A stretch of 64,000 bases of DNA, from assembly GCA_026770705.1 (NCBI GenBank), contig JANJGN010000026.1:31310001-31374000 (forward strand), given 5' to 3'. This document shows positions 63,000 to 64,000 of this stretch, piece by piece. Both the position numbers and the translations under genes were made by a program. The DNA comes from Isurus oxyrinchus (Eukaryota). Positions within the stretch are counted from its first letter, which is position 1. Every line of letters begins with the position of its first letter. The notes under the pieces were generated by a model. It searched no databases. It had not been told where the DNA came from and was given only the letters and a program-made list of their open reading frames with translations.

Positions 63000-64000
63000 A
63001 CAGGCACTGCATCAATCATTTCTGCATCGAACCTTGTCCTTGTTCTTACTAAACCTGACCCTGTGAATGTATATGTTACACTAAGTCACCTCTCTGATCA
63101 TATTGCAATAGGTTGTGTCTCAGTTGCTTCTGTGATAAGCTCAATCTCAGTTGTCAATGTACTGGACCAAGGCCATATTATATTAGATATTCTGTCAGTT
63201 ATGATTGCGTTAAACAATGTCATGGCTAATATGACAATAGTCCATGCCTCAGTTGTTACTGCACTAGTACTTGTCTCTGTTTATACTAAACCAGAGCATG
63301 TTCCAGTTTGCATGACACAAGGCTGTGTCTCTGTCATTACACTGTTAGACCCTGCCACCTTTATCCTGAACTAGAGGATTTCTTGGCTAATGCTGCACCA
63401 GTCTATGACTTTGTTTATATCGCCCAATGCCCTCTTTCTGTTATTATTTTATAATACCATGTCTTTCTTGTTGCTGCAATTGTCCATATTTCTGTTTATA
63501 TAAATCTAGGCTCTTTGTTGGCAATTACAGCATGAGGCTCTGTCTCAGTTTAGATTAGAGAATGCCCTGTATCAGATAAAACTGCAGTAGACCACGTGAC
63601 AGTTTCCTTTCACTAGATCCTGTATCAGTTATTACTGAGCTAGACCATGTCTGTGTTCATATTACACAAGACACTGTCTCAATTATTACTTCTCTCGGCA
63701 CTGCCTCACTTTTTATTCCACGAGATCATCACCCTCTTTATATTACACTAGATCATGTCTCTGTTTCAATTCTTTTCGACCTATCTCAGTTTGCATTCCC
63801 CTGCCTGCCGCGGTTTATATTACACTAGACCCTGCCTCAGTTTATATTACACTACACTCTATCTCAGTTTATATCATACTAGTCTCTATCTCAGTTTATA
63901 TTACACTAGACCCTGTCTCAGTTTATATTACACTAGATCCTATCTCACTTTATATTACTCTAGATCCTGTATCTGTTTATATTACACTGGACCCTATCTC
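63000..64000. repeat. 30-bp satellite, becoming homogeneous toward the window end
   Basis: TCTCAGTTTATATTACACTAGACCCTG-type units at 30-bp spacing from ~63810. Confidence 0.9.

Noticed and set aside
1-64000. TCR/Ig constant exons or conventional FGXG J segments
   Set aside because: None recognised by eye or in the ORF track; short degenerate J segments could have been missed

Overview
Eukaryotic, repeat-rich DNA that is almost certainly from a cartilaginous fish (shark/ray). It is part of the V-segment region of a T-cell receptor alpha/delta-type locus; no constant exon and no conventional TCR-delta D/J were seen. Two NAR-TCR cassettes face each other (A on +, ~13.0-17.0 kb; B on -, ~52.7-57.5 kb), each built as leader - IgNAR-like V - D - J - leaderless 'supporting' V-delta. 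Also present: four conventional TCR V pseudogenes, an inverted pair of two-exon GPR139-like GPCR genes (one intact, one pseudogene), a C2H2 zinc-finger pseudogene, a tRNA-Val relic, an LTR/env remnant, and many CR1/L2/RTE/Penelope fragments and satellites. Two observations stand out. (1) In cassette A the NAR V is already fused to its D: the V RSS, the 393-bp V-D interval seen in cassette B and the D 5' RSS are missing, which looks like a germline RAG coding joint. (2) Both supporting V segments are followed by a tandem array of 23-RSSs (62-bp unit in B, up to five heptamers). All calls come from reading the sequence by eye; no searches were run.
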